From Planctomycetota bacterium (GTDB lineage: Bacteria > Planctomycetota > PLA2 > JAEUHO01): a stretch of DNA of 64,000 nt. The notes under the pieces were generated by a model. It saw only the letters and a list, made by a program, of their open reading frames with translations. It was not told where the DNA came from and ran no database searches. Positions 47,962-57,809 of the stretch are shown here, piece by piece. How positions within the stretch are numbered: position 1 is the stretch's first letter; the number at the start of each line of letters is the position of its first letter. Position numbers and translations under genes: made by a program. The stretch spans positions 256,001 to 320,000 of the forward strand of contig CBDCTJ010000001.1 in NCBI GenBank assembly GCA_965222115.1, written 5' to 3'.

Positions 47962-49470
47962 CTACTGGTTCTCGATCGCCTGAAGCTTGAGTGGCGCCTC
48001 CAACTCACCTGCAGAGAGCGCCGCCGCGAGTTCGCGGGCCTTATCTAGTTCACTAAGCTCGGTCCCCATCGTTATCATCACATTGTCTCTTAGACCTTGC
48101 CGGATTACGGGCGCTGAAATACATACTCCGTCAATGAGAATCGCCATTGGCATACCAATGTTCTTCGACGTGAACTTAAAGAACGCGTCTTGCGATTCGG
48201 TTCGTACCTCGTAGAGTACGGCGGGCACGGGGGAAGCGAACTGTGGGAACAGATTTGCCGTCCCCTTCAGGTCCTTACTTCCAAAGCGTTCGACACCGCT
48301 TGTAGGCACCTCCACGACGCGAAAGTCCTCCGGGCGTATTCGCATTCTTCCAAGCATAGGCACTAGCAGATAGCGCGGGTCAACAGGCGAATAGTCCAGA
48401 CCCTTTTCCTTGGCAATCTTCCAGTGCTCAATCTCCTTCTTCTTAAACGCATCAAAGCCCTCTTTCGTGGCCGGATACTTTTTGCCCGCGCCTTGCCAAG
48501 GAATGTTCCCGGAATCCAAACGAGACGTTGCTTGGTCATCGTGGCGACGTTGCTTCAACACCTCAGCCGGAAGCACTTCAATTTGAAACCGAATCGCCCC
48601 GCGGATCGGAATTATCCGTTCCAGCACACGCGTCGATTTGATGCTGCGCACGCAATTGACATGAAAGATGCCAGGCTTAGGCGACTTGACTGACACACCA
48701 CGAAACCACAATCGATCGACCCGATGGCGCAGCGTCGCGAGCACGCGCGGCGTCAATATTTCAATGTCACGCTCGTCCTTCGATTCCAACCCAAACACGA
48801 GCCGCACGCCTCGCGTGGCGGGCCCCGCTTTAGCCAACGGCGCGTGGAGCCAATCACTCCTGGGCCAAACACACACGCGCTCTCCAACAGCTTCGATTTC
48901 GAACTCAATGTCCCACGTAGATCCATCAGCCTCAACCCGCAAGACCGTGGGAACGTCGCTCAACCCAGCCACCGAGAGCGAGTGCGATAAATCTGACTTT
49001 GTATCAAGTCGACAACTCACGAACCGAAGCTTCTGCCACGGCACCTCAGTATCAAACTCACGACACGATTCGAGATTCTTGGTCAGCTCCTTTCGCGCGC
49101 TCATCACGACACGATCAACTCCACCGCCCTCCTTGATGCGCTGCAAGAACATCGTTCCGTATCCAATGTCCATCCCGCGAAAGATATGTTCTTCTTCCCA
49201 CGCCACTCGATCTAGGTGTCGCTTCAAATCCTCGGCCGTAGGCAAGTAGTGGCCGATCGTCGACGGGTCATTGTTCTTGAGTGAGGTGAACAATGCCTTT
49301 GCGATCGGCTGGATCGCTTTCTTGAATTTGATAGGCCTGTAAGGCGATTTATCACTTGGCGCCTTCTTTGGAGGCACGGGCGGCTCTTCGCGTGCATACC
49401 CGAGGCTCATTCCGGTGCACGAAAGCAACAAGATAGAGAAAAATGTACACGCGACGCGAGAGATGCTCAT
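47962..49470 (-). CDS. Exported protein with SecD P1/head-like domain and no SecD membrane domain
   Basis: 'LRHRVDRLWFRGVSV', 'FFKFTSKNIGMPMAILIDG...SAPVI', 'ARELAAALSAGELEAPL'; ends where SecD TM2 would begin. Confidence 0.75.
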   Translation of the reverse strand: MSISRVACTFFSILLLSCTGMSLGYAREEPPVPPKKAPSDKSPYRPIKFKKAIQPIAKALFTSLKNNDPSTIGHYLPTAEDLKRHLDRVAWEEEHIFRGMDIGYGTMFLQRIKEGGGVDRVVMSARKELTKNLESCREFDTEVPWQKLRFVSCRLDTKSDLSHSLSVAGLSDVPTVLRVEADGSTWDIEFEIEAVGERVCVWPRSDWLHAPLAKAGPATRGVRLVFGLESKDERDIEILTPRVLATLRHRVDRLWFRGVSVKSPKPGIFHVNCVRSIKSTRVLERIIPIRGAIRFQIEVLPAEVLKQRRHDDQATSRLDSGNIPWQGAGKKYPATKEGFDAFKKKEIEHWKIAKEKGLDYSPVDPRYLLVPMLGRMRIRPEDFRVVEVPTSGVERFGSKDLKGTANLFPQFASPVPAVLYEVRTESQDAFFKFTSKNIGMPMAILIDGVCISAPVIRQGLRDNVMITMGTELSELDKARELAAALSAGELEAPLKLQAIENQ

Positions 49471-49488
49471 GAGCGCATGATACCGGAA

Positions 49489-49577
49489 TACCTACATCGC
49501 GGTGCCTGGCACGCCGATGTACCCCTTGCCCCGACTCTTTCTTGGGGGTACTGCGCTGTGCCTGGCACCGATGCGTA
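49489..49577. repeat. Family-C palindromes (direct and inverted copies)
   Basis: 49489-49525 matches 46344-46380 at 34 of 37 positions; inverted degenerate copy at 49545-49577. Confidence 0.9.
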
Positions 49578-49698
49578 TGCTAATGCCACAACGCCCCGCG
49601 CTAGAGATGCTCGACGTGTTAATCCTCCCAGGCCGAAAGATGCGCCTGAGAACCAATTGAGGTAATTTCTGCGTGTCAACCGGAGAGAAGTGGCCCCT

Positions 49699-50409
49699 AT
49701 GACTGAACGTTCACGGCAGATCATCGCGCTCGGCGGCGGCGGGTTCTCGATGGAGCCCGGCAACCTGGCGCTTGATCGTTACATTCTCGAACAGTGTCCC
49801 GCCGATCGCCCCTCGGTTTGTTTCCTTCCCACGGCGAGCGGTGACGACAACCGTTACATCGCGAACTTCTACGCGGCGTATTGCACGCTACCAAGTCAAC
49901 CGACACACCTGTCGCTGTTCAGCCCCAGTACGAGCGACATTCGCGGCAAGCTTCTGTCTTCCGACATCATTCTCGTTGGCGGCGGCAACACGCGTTCCAT
50001 GCTGGCGCTCTGGCGGGAATGGCGACTCGATGAGATTTTGCGCGAGGCTCACACGCAAGGCGTCATTCTCACCGGACTCAGTGCGGGCTCTATTTGCTGG
50101 TTCGAGGAAGGACTGTCCGACTTCCTTCCAAACGAACTCAATCCGATTCAGGGGCTTGGCATTCTTGATGGGAGCCATTGCCCCCATTACCACGAAGAGG
50201 CAAATCGACGCGCGGCCTACCTCGACGCGATTAAGAACGGGACGCTTTCAAGCGGCGTGGCTGCAGACGATGGTGTGGGTCTGCACTACATCGACGGTGA
50301 ACTCAAACACGTCGTCGCATCACGCGCTCATTCAAAAGGCTATCGCGTGTCGCGTGAAGGCGATTCAGTCAGCGAAGAAGCGATCGAATCGCGGCTACTT
50401 GAACCGTAA
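49699..50409 (+). CDS. pepE: Peptidase E (S51 family)
   Basis: 'FLPTASGD', 'VGGGNT', nucleophile 'GLSAG', 'CPHY'. Confidence 0.9.
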   Translation: MTERSRQIIALGGGGFSMEPGNLALDRYILEQCPADRPSVCFLPTASGDDNRYIANFYAAYCTLPSQPTHLSLFSPSTSDIRGKLLSSDIILVGGGNTRSMLALWREWRLDEILREAHTQGVILTGLSAGSICWFEEGLSDFLPNELNPIQGLGILDGSHCPHYHEEANRRAAYLDAIKNGTLSSGVAADDGVGLHYIDGELKHVVASRAHSKGYRVSREGDSVSEEAIESRLLEP

Positions 50410-50436
50410 CGCGGCACACCAAGACTGCTACCTACG

Positions 50437-52116
50437 CTACGCACCGTCGGCCTGGGCCGACAGACGAAGTAGCGCACGACGAAGTTGGCGATGCTGATCG
50501 AACTTGCGTACGAAGTCTGATTCGCGCACGCCACCCTTCGCGCGAATTACATCGGCAAATGTACGCCGCGCAGTCTTGCTCCAACGGCCCAATCCCGGAA
50601 TCGCGCAAACGACGGGCGCCCAACGTCGAAACGCTTGCTTCTCCCCCCGCGACCAGCGCGTCCACCCAGGACAACCGAGTTGTAGCGCAGCCTCACGGCA
50701 ACATTCCCGCTCGCCGCGTTCGCGATCTCCCCCATAGTGCTTCGCCAAATACTTCGACACCGCATAGCTAATGCCGTCTACTTGATCGACTGCGTCATCC
50801 GGCTGAGCCTTGGCCACGTAGTACATTGGCGCTGCGCTCAATTCCATGAGCGTGTCGCGCGATGAGCGGTGCTTTCGATTGCGCTTGATGCGTGCGAGTT
50901 CCTTCTTGAGCAATCGCTTAACCTCGGGATCGCGCGGGCGAAACCCGAGCTTGTAGTAAAACCACCACGCACCAGAGCTGAGCCCCTCTTCATTGCCGTG
51001 TCCAAGCTGATACGGATCCACGGCAAACACAGTCGCACCCAACAAGTGGTGAATCATGGCCAATGCACGCCCATAGACCTTGGCCGCCTCACCGCCACGA
51101 AACGCAGGGAACACGTTGTAAGCCACTTCGGAGATGCCGAAGAGCCCGCTTGAGAGTACGTAACCCATGGGCACGCCGTTTTGAATCGTGATGAAGGCGT
51201 AAACGCCTTCGAGCAAGCCCCGTTGCTCAGGAATCAAGCCCAGCGCTACGAAACTCAAACCATCGCCGCAGTCGATGAGCCGCACATCGTTCGGATCTGC
51301 ATACATGAACGAGTTGAGATCACGACTGCGCGTGACCATGCATCCCTTGGCGAGATTCACCAAGCGCTTGGCGGCCGCCCCCTTTACAGACGTAACCTTG
51401 CGCGGCGGGCGAAGCATTTCTGCAGCGAGGTTTGGACGCGACGTATCGAGGGGTTCCCGCTGATAGACCACGGGCGCCTGCGTCACGCGCGCCGTGGTTC
51501 GATTGGGCGTGTCTTCGCTTGGATCGAGTCGCATGGAAAGCTCAAGCTTGTCGTAGATCGCTTCACGAACAAAGGGCCCGGCATCGAGCGCTGCCAGGCG
51601 CGCGGTGAGGAACTCGGCATCCGTTTCATCATCGCGCTTGAGATGCTGAACCCACTCCCGGAGCGAATAGCCATACACTTCGAGCGCCGGTCCCTCCGCG
51701 TAGTGAACGAGCATCCACAGCATGTCCTCAAGCGCTTCGGCCCCGTCGAACTCGTCCCAATCCATATGGAGCTGCCCGGGCCAATTGGTCGCAAGCCAAC
51801 GCGCGGTCGTAAGCCAAAATCGGTAATAGATCGTCGTGCCAGCTATACCGGAGTCTTCCAACTCGTCTCGAAACGCCTTTAGATCGCGGCGCGAGCGAAA
51901 CGCTTTGAGCACGGCATCGGCCGCCTCGGCAACCTCCTTGTTGTCGGCGTATGCACGCACAAAGAGCAGCGACTCGTGCAGCGCGAAGAGTTGCTTCGCA
52001 CTCGTGCATCGCGTTCGCTTTAGCGCGCGCAACACGTCTAGCTTCTCCGCCGAAGCTTCGCTGCCAAACTGGGTTCGAAGCGCAGCGAGCTTGTTCACGA
52101 TTCGACCTGGTTGCAT
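50437..52116 (-). CDS. Hypothetical protein, 559 aa, with a GNAT-like C-terminal half
   Basis: Long ORF with SD; 'YNVFPAFRGGEA' and 'GAWWFYYKLGFRP' resemble GNAT motifs A and B. Confidence 0.7.
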   Translation of the reverse strand: MQPGRIVNKLAALRTQFGSEASAEKLDVLRALKRTRCTSAKQLFALHESLLFVRAYADNKEVAEAADAVLKAFRSRRDLKAFRDELEDSGIAGTTIYYRFWLTTARWLATNWPGQLHMDWDEFDGAEALEDMLWMLVHYAEGPALEVYGYSLREWVQHLKRDDETDAEFLTARLAALDAGPFVREAIYDKLELSMRLDPSEDTPNRTTARVTQAPVVYQREPLDTSRPNLAAEMLRPPRKVTSVKGAAAKRLVNLAKGCMVTRSRDLNSFMYADPNDVRLIDCGDGLSFVALGLIPEQRGLLEGVYAFITIQNGVPMGYVLSSGLFGISEVAYNVFPAFRGGEAAKVYGRALAMIHHLLGATVFAVDPYQLGHGNEEGLSSGAWWFYYKLGFRPRDPEVKRLLKKELARIKRNRKHRSSRDTLMELSAAPMYYVAKAQPDDAVDQVDGISYAVSKYLAKHYGGDRERGERECCREAALQLGCPGWTRWSRGEKQAFRRWAPVVCAIPGLGRWSKTARRTFADVIRAKGGVRESDFVRKFDQHRQLRRALLRLSAQADGA

Positions 52117-52255
52117 GGGCGGATCCTCCGACGCTCATTCTGCCTAAGGCGCGGATGAGACCCATTGAATTGGTACGCCGACGTCCATCAAATGCGACCT
52201 TTGGATTGAACACTTGTATGGGAGTATGGTCCGACTTGAAGTTGTCGGAGCTCCT

Positions 52256-52891
52256 ATGATCGATTTTCTGCGCACCGTCTTCGTGGATCACTGGCCGAGT
52301 GTGGTTGGCGCCATCGCCACGTTTGTCATTGGGCGCTGGTGGGGCAGTTTTCGGGCAAGTCGTGAGCTGGCCGAAAAGGAGTTCCGCGGTCGCTTCAACA
52401 TCAGCCTCAACAGCCTGAACGACAACACGTTGCGCATACGAACGCTTCGTGAATGCAATATCGCCGACGTGTGGTTCAACAAGGCTATGCAAAAACGCAT
52501 ACGCGCCTTGGCCGACAGGACCACCCCGGACGATGCGATCCTGCCATTCGAAGACAGCGAACGCTGGCTCTACCTCAATGCGGTGCTCAACGAAGTGAGC
52601 GAAATGTTTGCGCAGGGCACGATTCGAAGAGATCTGGGTGACGCCACGACCACCGCGAAGTACGTAATCGCCTTAACCAATGAGAAGGACGGTGAGATGC
52701 GCACATGGAAGATCCGTGCCATGGTCGTGCGTCCCGAGGTGTTGAACGAAGTCGAACAGTTGATGAATCAGGGCGCCACGCCCGACCTTGAAAGCGAGCA
52801 CCACATCACGCGCTGTAGGACCTTGGCCTCTATCGCCAGTCGCTATCGCTCGCAGCCCCAGCAATTTCTCACAATGGAAATTGCCGTGTAA
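52256..52891 (+). CDS. Hypothetical membrane-anchored protein
   Basis: GGAG SD; N-terminal TM 'WPSVVGAIATFVIGRWW'. Confidence 0.7.
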   Translation: MIDFLRTVFVDHWPSVVGAIATFVIGRWWGSFRASRELAEKEFRGRFNISLNSLNDNTLRIRTLRECNIADVWFNKAMQKRIRALADRTTPDDAILPFEDSERWLYLNAVLNEVSEMFAQGTIRRDLGDATTTAKYVIALTNEKDGEMRTWKIRAMVVRPEVLNEVEQLMNQGATPDLESEHHITRCRTLASIASRYRSQPQQFLTMEIAV

Positions 52892-52972
52892 AGGCGCTAT
52901 CCCGCCGCGGCGCGACGACCCGCACGTTGATTGGTAGGCTGGTCGGCCTGCTTCTCCGTATGAAAGGTCGCC

Positions 52973-53488
52973 ATGCTCAACAAGAACGACATTCTCGAAT
53001 CGATTCTGACCGATATCCGCATCACCAAACACCTGCTCACCAAGGTGCCCGACGGCGCCATGGACTATCGCCCCTCGCCCGATCAACGCTCCACGCTTGA
53101 GCTTTTGCGATACATGAGCTTCTGTGCGATCGGGGGCGCCCATGCCCTCTACGACGGCGAGTGGACCAAGTACAAGGAGTGGGCCGAACGCTGCGACTCG
53201 CTAAAGCCTGAGGAGATCGACGGCGCCCTTGACCGCCACGCCCAGGCACTCACGTCGTGGTTCGAAGGCCTCAGTAGCGACGACTTCGACACACGTCTTG
53301 CCACGACGCCCCTGGGCGAGGAATTCACACTTGGCCGCGCACTCATCGAGATGCCGCTGAAGTGGATGACGGCCTACCGCATGCAACTCTTCCTCTATGC
53401 CAAGCAATCCGGCAACAAAGACATTTGGACGCCCAACTGTTGGGGCGGCATCGATCGCGAACGTCCCGCATCTGCCGCGACGAGCTAA
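52973..53488 (+). CDS. DinB/YfiT-like protein
   Basis: 'MDYRPSPDQRSTLELLRY' and 'YRMQLFLYAKQSG' follow the DinB pattern. Confidence 0.75.
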   Translation: MLNKNDILESILTDIRITKHLLTKVPDGAMDYRPSPDQRSTLELLRYMSFCAIGGAHALYDGEWTKYKEWAERCDSLKPEEIDGALDRHAQALTSWFEGLSSDDFDTRLATTPLGEEFTLGRALIEMPLKWMTAYRMQLFLYAKQSGNKDIWTPNCWGGIDRERPASAATS

Positions 53489-53550
53489 CCTCGCATAGCA
53501 AAACGAAGTTTTCTGCAACGCGAGCGGTGACTTGTGTGCAGTAGAGATAG

Positions 53551-56500
53551 ATGAGTCGTCCCCGGATCCCATTCGCGTCGCCGGAAGCTGCCTTAGCAGC
53601 CTATCAATCCACGCGTAGTGCCCGGGCAGTAACCGCGTTCTTCGATCTCACTGCACCCGCGTTGCTGCGCGCGGCCATGCTTGCCACCCGAGATGCGTCG
53701 CTCGCCGACGACGTCGTTCAAGAAACGTACGCGGTATTCTTGGACGACCTCGATGCCTACGATCAATCGCGCCCGGTCATGCCTTGGTTGCGCGGAATCT
53801 TGCGACATCGCGCCATGCGCGCGCGCTCGCAGGCTCGACGCACGCCCGATCCGAATCGCCTTCTGCCTCGTGAATCCAATACAGGGTTGCCGCCAGCGGC
53901 GATTGACGAAATACGATGCGCTATCGACGCGTTGGACGAACCATATCGCTCGACGAGCCTCCTGCATTTCATCTATGGACTCGATCCAAAAGAGATCGCC
54001 GACGTGTGCAGCGAACCTGCGGGCACAATACGTTCCCGCATTCACCGCGCACGGGAACAACTGCAAGCCAAGCTAAAACGTGCACCGGCGCTGACCCTAC
54101 TCGATGCACCCACGCGTGCGCTCGATGCATTGCGGGCATCGGTTCTTACACGTGTAGACGTAGCCACGGGCGTCGCGCGGTCAACGGCGATGATTGGGGG
54201 CGCCGTGGTTGGGGGTGAAATGATGAGTAAGAAGATCGTAGTTGTGTGCGCAGTCTTGGCACTACTGCTCGCGGGATCGGGCATCTGGCTGCTAGTTCGC
54301 GATCGCAATGATCAAGTTGTTGGCAATCAACAGAACGACACGTTGTTGTCCAGTGCACCAACACTCAAGAGCAGCAACCAGGAGAACGTGAAGGATGCTG
54401 CCGCCCTCTCTCCATCTATCGACCCTTCGCTTCGAATCAGCGGAACGGTGCGCGACGCAAACGGAGCATCGATAGGAGGTGCGAAAATCACGCTGGCGCC
54501 CATCGCTTCCTACCGATTAAAGTTCAGTAGCAAACAGGGATTCCCGATCGAGGCGGGAGCGACTGATGGCGGTGTCGATACGCGTTCCGCAGAGAACGGC
54601 GAGTTCGAGCTACATCCGCCTTCGTCTGGCGTGTACGCCGTTAACGTCGAGGCAGCAGGGTACTCGCCGCAAGGCGGAGAAACGGTGCAAGCAGGTGGCC
54701 GCATCAACGTCATGCTCTGGCCCGGTGCGACACTCCACGTCCAAGCCAAGAACAAGGCGGGTAAGCCTGTGAGTGGCGCGACGATTTCCATTCAAGGAGT
54801 CGTTGGACGCAACATCTATCAGCAACATGGTACGACGAACGGTGATGGGATTGCGGTCATGGAAGGTTTGCCTACTCAGTACGCAACGGGCGGCGTACTG
54901 GTATCGGCGCCTCACTTTTACTTACGTGCAAACGCAAAAGGGTACGCACCTTTCGTGAAACTGGCGCCGTTTCCCACGAATGCAGGCGAGTCAAAGAAGA
55001 CGTCAATTGTACTTGAACGGGGACTCCTCATTCACGGGCACGTCGTTTCAGGTTTGTCAGAGAAGCCGCTACCAGGCGCAAACGTTCGATTGGCGAATGC
55101 CGCCGCCCAGGCACCATCCATCGTTGTCGACGGTGAAGAACTTTGGTGGCCGTTTGCCTTGTACGAACGTGAAACGCAGGTCGCCGACGATGCGGGACGG
55201 TTCTCGATGCGAGTTTCCTCGCAGGCGAATCGCATGGCGTTGCGATCAATGCCCGCGGTCTATGCCTGGGCTCAAGGCACGGCACTCGGCCGCTCGCTCG
55301 TATCAGAAGCTGTGTTGGATAACGACCGCGCCGGACACGCGACGCTTGTTGTGACGGTTCCCGCCAGCGCAAGTGTTCGAGGACGTGTCGTCGATACCCA
55401 GGGCCGTCCAGTCGCCGACTGCCGTGTGTCTGTAAATGTCGAGGAGCCTAGGTCCATTCGTGCGCCACGATTCCCCATGGTCAATCCGGCCGCCATTGAT
55501 CCCACGATGCCTCAAATCCGCGCGAGGACAGATGCGAGTGGCGAGTTTGAATTTCGAGGCATCGCGGTAGCCAATGAAGGAGAGACACTGGCATCGGTGC
55601 GTGGTTTCAAGATGAACGGTGCGCATCGATCGCAGGGATACAGGCAGTTCACCAAAGAGCTCGCGCTCAATGCAGGCGGCGTGCATGACACTGGCACCAT
55701 GACGTTGGTTGAGGCGCCGCGAGATCCAAAGTTGCCGCCGGTAATTCTTCGAGATGTCTACGTAAAGAACGAACGTGATGAACCGGTGCCCGCAGCACGA
55801 GTCTGTCTATGCAGGGTCTTATCACGACACGGCTCGATCACTGACGAACGCGGCCAAGTCACTATCGAACAGCCCAAATCGACTCACCCTAGAACGTATT
55901 CGGTTAGGGCACGAGGCTACGGAACCACTCAGGTCACGGTCGAGAGCAGTCACGACGGGCCTTTGACGGTCGTCATGCAAGATGCACGACGCCTTACCGG
56001 GCGCCTGGTGGATCAGGAGGGCAAACCGGTTCCTGGATGGCGCATCGAAGCCGTGTCGGCGACCCGACCTTTAGAGCAAGCCTATCCGTCGCGCGTGCCA
56101 ATTCAGTCGATCGCTTCCTACGCGGTTTCCGTTTCACTAACCGACTATGACGGGCGATTCACGCTGCAGGATCTTGGCGACGATCGAGTTCACCTGCGCG
56201 CAAGCCGCCGCGACATGACATTTAGCGCTGCCCCAAAGCCCGTGATTCGCAAGGATGTCGATGTTTCGGAGCCGGTTCTAATCAGAATCGGCGCAGGACT
56301 CCTCAACTCCGCTGATGTGGTCACCCGCGTGATCGAACAAGAATCGTCGTCTTCGCTCGAGAATGTGCGCGCAACGCTTGGTGGCGTAGACGGCGTGCTG
56401 AGTGCAGATGGCACGTTGACGTTTCGAGGCGTGCCGCACGGTGTGCAGGCGTTGACCATTGACGCTCCTGGGCGTGTTCGGGTCACGAAACGCTGGACGA

Positions 56501-57183
56501 TCGACGCGTCGTTTCAAGCGCCATCCACGATCGAGATGAAGCGCGGGATTACGTTGTCGGGGGCCGTGTCGTTTCCCGAGTCGGCCGGCATCGCCAGTCA
56601 GTACACCATCATGCTTCGATCCCTGGATGGCCATGAGGAGCACAAACCTCCCTATGCGTACATCGCGATCAACCAAGGTCGATACAAGACTGAGGGGCTA
56701 GAAGCTGGGCGTTACCGGGTCTTAGCCATGGATCGAACGGGTGGCATGAAGCTAGACAGTCCGTGCTTTGTGGCTCAACGCGAGCTCAATCTTGAGCCAA
56801 ACGTGTATGACGTTCAACAGGATTTCACGTTCGTTGGGTGCGGCCGACTCCACTTGAAAATGAACGACGACGCGCGGCTACCTCCCGTGCCTTGGCCCGG
56901 CAGCAAAGGGCCGTCCTCGAAACCCACCGAAGCACAGTCGGCATTTGGCAAGGCGTCTTCGGTGTCAATTCTCGATAACCAGGGGCGCGTACTTGAAACG
57001 CGCACGGGACTGACGCAGCGGTTCGTGCCGAACGTTCACTACCTATGGCTCACACCCGGGCGCTACACAGTTCGCGGGAGCTTTCCGAATCTTCCGGATG
57101 TGGACCACGAAGTGGAAATTACCAGCGGTGGGACTTCAACCATTGTTGTTCGTCCCCCACTGGCATCTGAGTCAACTCGTTAG
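53551..57183 (+). CDS. ECF sigma factor fused to TM and carboxypeptidase-regulatory-like repeats (1210 aa)
   Basis: 'ADDVVQET...PWLRGI', 'EIADVCSEPAGTIRSRIHRAR'; TM; repeated 'GxVxDxxGxPV...TDxxGxF' modules. Confidence 0.9.
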   Translation: MSRPRIPFASPEAALAAYQSTRSARAVTAFFDLTAPALLRAAMLATRDASLADDVVQETYAVFLDDLDAYDQSRPVMPWLRGILRHRAMRARSQARRTPDPNRLLPRESNTGLPPAAIDEIRCAIDALDEPYRSTSLLHFIYGLDPKEIADVCSEPAGTIRSRIHRAREQLQAKLKRAPALTLLDAPTRALDALRASVLTRVDVATGVARSTAMIGGAVVGGEMMSKKIVVVCAVLALLLAGSGIWLLVRDRNDQVVGNQQNDTLLSSAPTLKSSNQENVKDAAALSPSIDPSLRISGTVRDANGASIGGAKITLAPIASYRLKFSSKQGFPIEAGATDGGVDTRSAENGEFELHPPSSGVYAVNVEAAGYSPQGGETVQAGGRINVMLWPGATLHVQAKNKAGKPVSGATISIQGVVGRNIYQQHGTTNGDGIAVMEGLPTQYATGGVLVSAPHFYLRANAKGYAPFVKLAPFPTNAGESKKTSIVLERGLLIHGHVVSGLSEKPLPGANVRLANAAAQAPSIVVDGEELWWPFALYERETQVADDAGRFSMRVSSQANRMALRSMPAVYAWAQGTALGRSLVSEAVLDNDRAGHATLVVTVPASASVRGRVVDTQGRPVADCRVSVNVEEPRSIRAPRFPMVNPAAIDPTMPQIRARTDASGEFEFRGIAVANEGETLASVRGFKMNGAHRSQGYRQFTKELALNAGGVHDTGTMTLVEAPRDPKLPPVILRDVYVKNERDEPVPAARVCLCRVLSRHGSITDERGQVTIEQPKSTHPRTYSVRARGYGTTQVTVESSHDGPLTVVMQDARRLTGRLVDQEGKPVPGWRIEAVSATRPLEQAYPSRVPIQSIASYAVSVSLTDYDGRFTLQDLGDDRVHLRASRRDMTFSAAPKPVIRKDVDVSEPVLIRIGAGLLNSADVVTRVIEQESSSSLENVRATLGGVDGVLSADGTLTFRGVPHGVQALTIDAPGRVRVTKRWTIDASFQAPSTIEMKRGITLSGAVSFPESAGIASQYTIMLRSLDGHEEHKPPYAYIAINQGRYKTEGLEAGRYRVLAMDRTGGMKLDSPCFVAQRELNLEPNVYDVQQDFTFVGCGRLHLKMNDDARLPPVPWPGSKGPSSKPTEAQSAFGKASSVSILDNQGRVLETRTGLTQRFVPNVHYLWLTPGRYTVRGSFPNLPDVDHEVEITSGGTSTIVVRPPLASESTR

Positions 57184-57191
57184 TCGCTGAG

Positions 57192-57809
57192 TTAGCGATC
57201 GAGCCATTGCACGCGGCCGGACGAAAGATCGTAGTAGGCGGGCTGAACGGCAACACCGACGGCGCAGACTTTGGACATCACGGGTTCCGACGTGCGGATT
57301 CGTTCCGAGACCATAATGGCGTTTCTGCGTACGCTGCGCTCCAAGAGATTATCGTCGCCTTTGCGGGCGGCTTGTAGTACGGCAGGACGAATAGCGTCGA
57401 TCAAGGCGTCGATGTGACTGTGTGTGGCGGGGCCATCAAAGTCCTTGTTTTGCGCAGCCGCATCGACGGCCCCGCAACTCTGGTGGCCCATAACCACGAT
57501 TAGGTTGACGCCCAAGTTGAGCGATGCGTACTCGATGCTTCCCAGCACCGCGTCATCCGCTACGTTGCCTGCCACGCGAATAACAAACAGATCGCCCAGT
57601 CCCCGATCGAAGATGAGCTCCGGCGGCACGCGGCTGTCCGCACACGTGAGAATCGTCGCAAACGGGCGCTGCCCCCCTACGAGCTCCTCGCGCCGCTTGG
57701 GATCTGCGTTGGGACGCGCCATGCCGCCTCGAACGTAACCCCGGTTTCCATTGCGAAGTTTTCGAAGCGCATCTTCAGCGCTCAAGTTCTCGGGCCTATC
57801 GTCTGACAT
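57192..57809 (-). CDS. Beta-class carbonic anhydrase
   Basis: 'CADSRV', 'RVAGN', 'GHQSCGAV'. Confidence 0.95.
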   Translation of the reverse strand: MSDDRPENLSAEDALRKLRNGNRGYVRGGMARPNADPKRREELVGGQRPFATILTCADSRVPPELIFDRGLGDLFVIRVAGNVADDAVLGSIEYASLNLGVNLIVVMGHQSCGAVDAAAQNKDFDGPATHSHIDALIDAIRPAVLQAARKGDDNLLERSVRRNAIMVSERIRTSEPVMSKVCAVGVAVQPAYYDLSSGRVQWLDR

